From: Monocercomonoides exilis PA203
Taxonomy: Eukaryota; Protista; Preaxostyla
Reading direction: 5' to 3'
Assembly: GCA_001643675.2 (NCBI GenBank)
Contig: LSRY02000001.1
Span: forward strand, 186,001 to 250,000
Length of the DNA stretch: 64,000 nt
Both the position numbers and the translations under genes were made by a program. Positions 61,701 through 64,000 of the stretch are shown piece after piece (position 1 is the first letter of the stretch; every line of letters starts with the position of its first letter). The notes beneath the pieces are model-generated. The model worked only from the letters and a program-made list of their open reading frames with translations, was not told the DNA's origin and did not search any database.

Positions 61701-62368
61701 TTCACCACTGCACTTGCACTCGACTCTATGTTACTCAATGTCGATGCAATCAATGTAACTTTTGTTGCTCCCTCAAACAAAAACGGAGTGGCTGAAAACT
61801 TTGCAATATTGGTTTCATCCTTACAAGATACTGCCTCCATGTTGAATTCACCTGCTTCCACTTTCACTAGATGTATACTTGCAACACCTGTTTCTGGGCG
61901 TTCGAAATGACAAGTGCTAATTGTCAGATTAGGTGAGAGGAAAGATGATTTTGTTGTCTTGAATGAAAGATCAGACAACACTTGAGTTGATCCCCCTGAA
62001 TTTGCAACCAATCGAATAATAGCCAATGTGCTTCCATCATTAGATGCATTTCCAAGTGATAACGGATATATAAACTTCAGGTACTTGAATGTCACATTTT
62101 GCTTACAAGTAAACAGGTCCTTGCTTGAACCAGTATCACCATTTTCCTCAGTGGATGTACAATTTATTTCCACTAACTCAGGAGTCCCATTTCCACTTTG
62201 TTTTCCTTGGATCATTAATGAAACGTTTTTATCAAATTCATTCACTCCTGCCACTAACGCGGGCGTATTATTTTCTTGCTTTATAATTGTAATGATGTAT
62301 GAACTTGAACTTGTATCACCATTAATCAAAGCGCAAGCACTTTGATTTAAAAGAAAACATTCTCTCAC
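58751..62368 (-). CDS. Type-I membrane surface protein with three repeats of about 400 aa; 5' part missing, probably interrupted by the retroelement
   Basis: Repeated VE(I)(N/D)C...LFTC...V.F, HLVKV..G...M..V.C and GKSG(G/A)I; TM VVAIVVPIVVVVIVVVVVIIAIVVV followed by RKKR. No ATG or signal peptide; the frame closes just upstream. Confidence 0.75.
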   Translation of the reverse strand: MRECFLLNQSACALINGDTSSSSYIITIIKQENNTPALVAGVNEFDKNVSLMIQGKQSGNGTPELVEINCTSTEENGDTGSSKDLFTCKQNVTFKYLKFIYPLSLGNASNDGSTLAIIRLVANSGGSTQVLSDLSFKTTKSSFLSPNLTISTCHFERPETGVASIHLVKVEAGEFNMEAVSCKDETNIAKFSATPFLFEGATKVTLIASTLSNIESSASAVVKIVGNDSEKIEVNVHGCTFANCISTENGTNATSGALYVESDQSDSKFNISESSRISNATTTFKSCECANGKSGGIYLKMTKIDSAEKLIWSEEDKLTVRGCKAGSDKQTFLYLEVPDDKFKEIAEKMKKKFAKNYVEGTNDWFVAAKGTNNDDIDFTAVYFDPHEAYVQSGGNDDTADGTKTKPFKTIKKAYELFADSKGSGEFSIKIMKNESGQAVTGEAITFSKETGITIEGVVEAEENANEAETKVEIDCSNVSEKDLFTCQKTVTFKNLIFDFKSTPGQVTDQSEGNEGPYALIHADSESTSIEIDTCDFKQTTPAAHSDGMLSNTEEEIKFHLVKVSAGTLTMNNVECTSENEVKFSETPFLADGTTTAVTDVSLTSLNLKKITSKDSAVMKIVGKTDTAISVKLDACSFTECKSEDATTETCGALYVKSEHAESTFSIGNTGKTTFENCTCSKGKSGAICLEMTAITKADELTWPETGDNLVFTSCKVEEADTISNAEKNTGLYLDVPVSLHRDMAIAMKQSFASGYKKGMNKNNVIAKGAEDNTEVDFTEVYFDPNTNVYVSATADNDSNDGLSYEKPKKKLNSAYNLLGEGVGGEKFKINIIKTENAHQAAAVTLEKFSLITIVGVTKANEEESETEVEIDCNVESDSHLFTCKSEVEFRGISFIFPLSLDKTKESNADPHSLIVAGGAGAELSIVNCKFVRPEPDAPSNDEEIAIIHLVKVTEGELTMSGVECKGNNEVKFQESLFVISESSSVKFDTVEINKVSVTDGAVINILDAADKASTVKIEGLTMNEVKSSKGLSAGVMIKMADNGSKVEMGREKKCSFKSCEAASGKAGAILIEVKDAVGNLKLPGEGKLELGDNKGKDSSVASLCIIAPDFDKFSQQKDSFEFAKDYNDNNKGWVVGAKEEGGDLEDVYEKYLKHKEPKDEPEPERKKSNAGTVVAIVVPIVVVVIVVVVVIIAIVVVRKKRSRSN

Positions 62369-62431
62369 TTCCTTCTCTTCTATTTACGAGAGATCATCAC
62401 TTAAGGGTCAGTCACGATCACTGATCTAAAA

Positions 62432-63271
62432 ATGATGATCCCTAACAATCCTCTGGGAACAGGACTTGCGGCCGAACCGAGCGCAGCTGCGCTGCCTGGT
62501 GGTCCAACAAGCGGGTTTCCGACATTTCCCGGACCCTTTTCCGCTTCCCAACCTTCTTCTATTTCATCCTCACTCTCCCCACCTTCTACCACCCTTGGCG
62601 AAGAAAAAGAAGAAGAAATTACACTGGAAAATTCGTTTCTTAAAATATTTGGTAGAGCACCGGAATTATCGTTATATGATCTTCCATTACCGGAACAGGA
62701 GATAAATGACTTGGTTGCTTCGTTGAAGACAGAAGACTTATCCCCTTTCCTCCCTAATGCGCCTCCACCTTTTGTAAGGACTACCAGTCCGTACAAAGAC
62801 GCCTTAGATCAAGCAGGAGAAAGATGTGAGACGTTTCTTTACCCCGCAATGAAACTTATTTTATTTGCCCATACGAAAACAAAAGATGATGAAGCTCAGA
62901 GTGCCGTAGCGCAAGCATGTTTACTGCTTGCACAAGCCTTGAAAGAAGCCAGAAACGCTCGCATCCAAGCGAGATTTGGATTTACCGAAGCAGCGAGAAT
63001 GAAAGAGGATTCAGCATCACCGCTCCTAACGAAAAGGCAAAGTGATTTATTGGAAGAGGTCAGGAAAACCTCACAATCAACAGCGAAAAGATGGACTTCG
63101 TTCTCATTTAATTCCAAATCCTTTGGCAAAAGCAGATATGGAAAACATGAAAGCTACCAACGCCCTCGGTTTTTTCGTTCGGGTCCCCGGTCGTGGGCAG
63201 GGAGAAAAACCTCAAATACATACCGCAGAAGTCCTTCTCAAACGCGATCCAGGGGAACGGGAACCAACTAA
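62432..63271 (+). CDS. gag-like ORF of the second element
   Basis: 279 aa with an R/S-rich end containing FFR; directly precedes and overlaps the RT. Confidence 0.65.
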   Translation: MMIPNNPLGTGLAAEPSAAALPGGPTSGFPTFPGPFSASQPSSISSSLSPPSTTLGEEKEEEITLENSFLKIFGRAPELSLYDLPLPEQEINDLVASLKTEDLSPFLPNAPPPFVRTTSPYKDALDQAGERCETFLYPAMKLILFAHTKTKDDEAQSAVAQACLLLAQALKEARNARIQARFGFTEAARMKEDSASPLLTKRQSDLLEEVRKTSQSTAKRWTSFSFNSKSFGKSRYGKHESYQRPRFFRSGPRSWAGRKTSNTYRRSPSQTRSRGTGTN

Positions 63272-64000
63272 GCCAGTCACCTTCAATTGTTGGAGGAAGA
63301 ACGGAATATTTTCGAGAAGCGTGGAGAATGATAGATGGAGAGAAGTTGGTAAAAAGAGGCGTCATTCCAATTTGGAAAAACAGGATAGCCAGGGAGAAAT
63401 TACTAAACTCAAAAATGGAAACATACAGCCCCCATCAATCAGGGGAAGCAACCAAAGCGATGGCAAAGCTGATCCAGAATCAGCTCGAAACGAACATAAT
63501 ACAAAAAATACAGAAAAGAAAGGTGAAACATTTAAATCCAGTGTTTGTGATAAAGAAAAAACAAGGGGGATGGAGACAAATTATCGATTGCAGAGCGTTG
63601 AACAATGCAACGAAGTCAATCCATTTCAAACTGGAGGATTACAGGTCACTAGAACGAATTATAACAAGAGGAGATTATGCAACAACTTTAGACCTAAGCC
63701 AGGCCTACTATTTAGTGAAAGTGGACGACAACTTCAAGCCGTTTCTTGCGTTCGAATTCAACGAAAATTACTACTGTTTCAACGGAATGCCATTTGGATA
63801 CAAAGATTCTCCAAGAATCTTTACAAAAATCATGAGGAAGGTGATACAATTCATCCGGGAGCAATGGAACGTAAGAGCAATCGCGTACCTCGACGATATT
63901 ATTCTTCTTCACCAAGACCAAAAGAAATTAAAATGGATAACTCAGAAAGTCGTTTCTCTTTTCGAAAGCCTTGGTCTTCTGGTAAACACAGAAAAGAGTC
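63151..64000 (+). CDS. Reverse transcriptase (truncated by window end; not in the ORF track)
   Basis: Frame 1 is open from 63151: VGGR..YF.EAW, NPVFVIKKKQGGWRQIIDCRALN, HFKLED, LDLSQAY, GMPFGYKDSPRIF, AYLDD. Confidence 0.92.

Larger units (their letters stand above)
62350..64000 (+). mobile_element. Second, divergent DIRS-like retrotransposon (5' part; left boundary approximate)
   Basis: gag-like ORF followed by an overlapping RT that is homologous to the first element's RT. Confidence 0.8.

Overview
Eukaryotic, intron-containing DNA from an anaerobic protist, read in the standard genetic code. Short AT-rich GT-AG introns, a presequence-less pyruvate:ferredoxin oxidoreductase and the expanded surface-protein families suggest an oxymonad such as Monocercomonoides; this is an inference. 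In order, the window holds: (1) two tail-to-tail receptor-like genes (beta-helix-like ectodomain, TM, C-lobe-only pseudokinase) that share a 2.5-kb inverted repeat, about 1.9 kb of it apparently perfect, around a 1.39-kb spacer; (2) a chromatin-type protein with AT-hook-like motifs and a phage Dam-like N6-adenine methyltransferase, head-to-head with a zf-UBP ubiquitin-specific protease; (3) a multi-pass, prominin-like membrane protein; (4) PFO; (5) a 2114-aa surface protein; (6) a candidate MITE; (7) a candidate 12-kb Merlin/IS1595-type DNA transposon with 164-bp identical TIRs, a dead transposase, host-gene cargo and a nested full-length DIRS tyrosine-recombinase retrotransposon (ITRs, ICR, gag, RT-RNaseH-MT, YR); (8) a repeat surface-protein gene that lacks its 5' end next to a second, divergent DIRS-like element running off the window. 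All alignments and splice models were made by eye.
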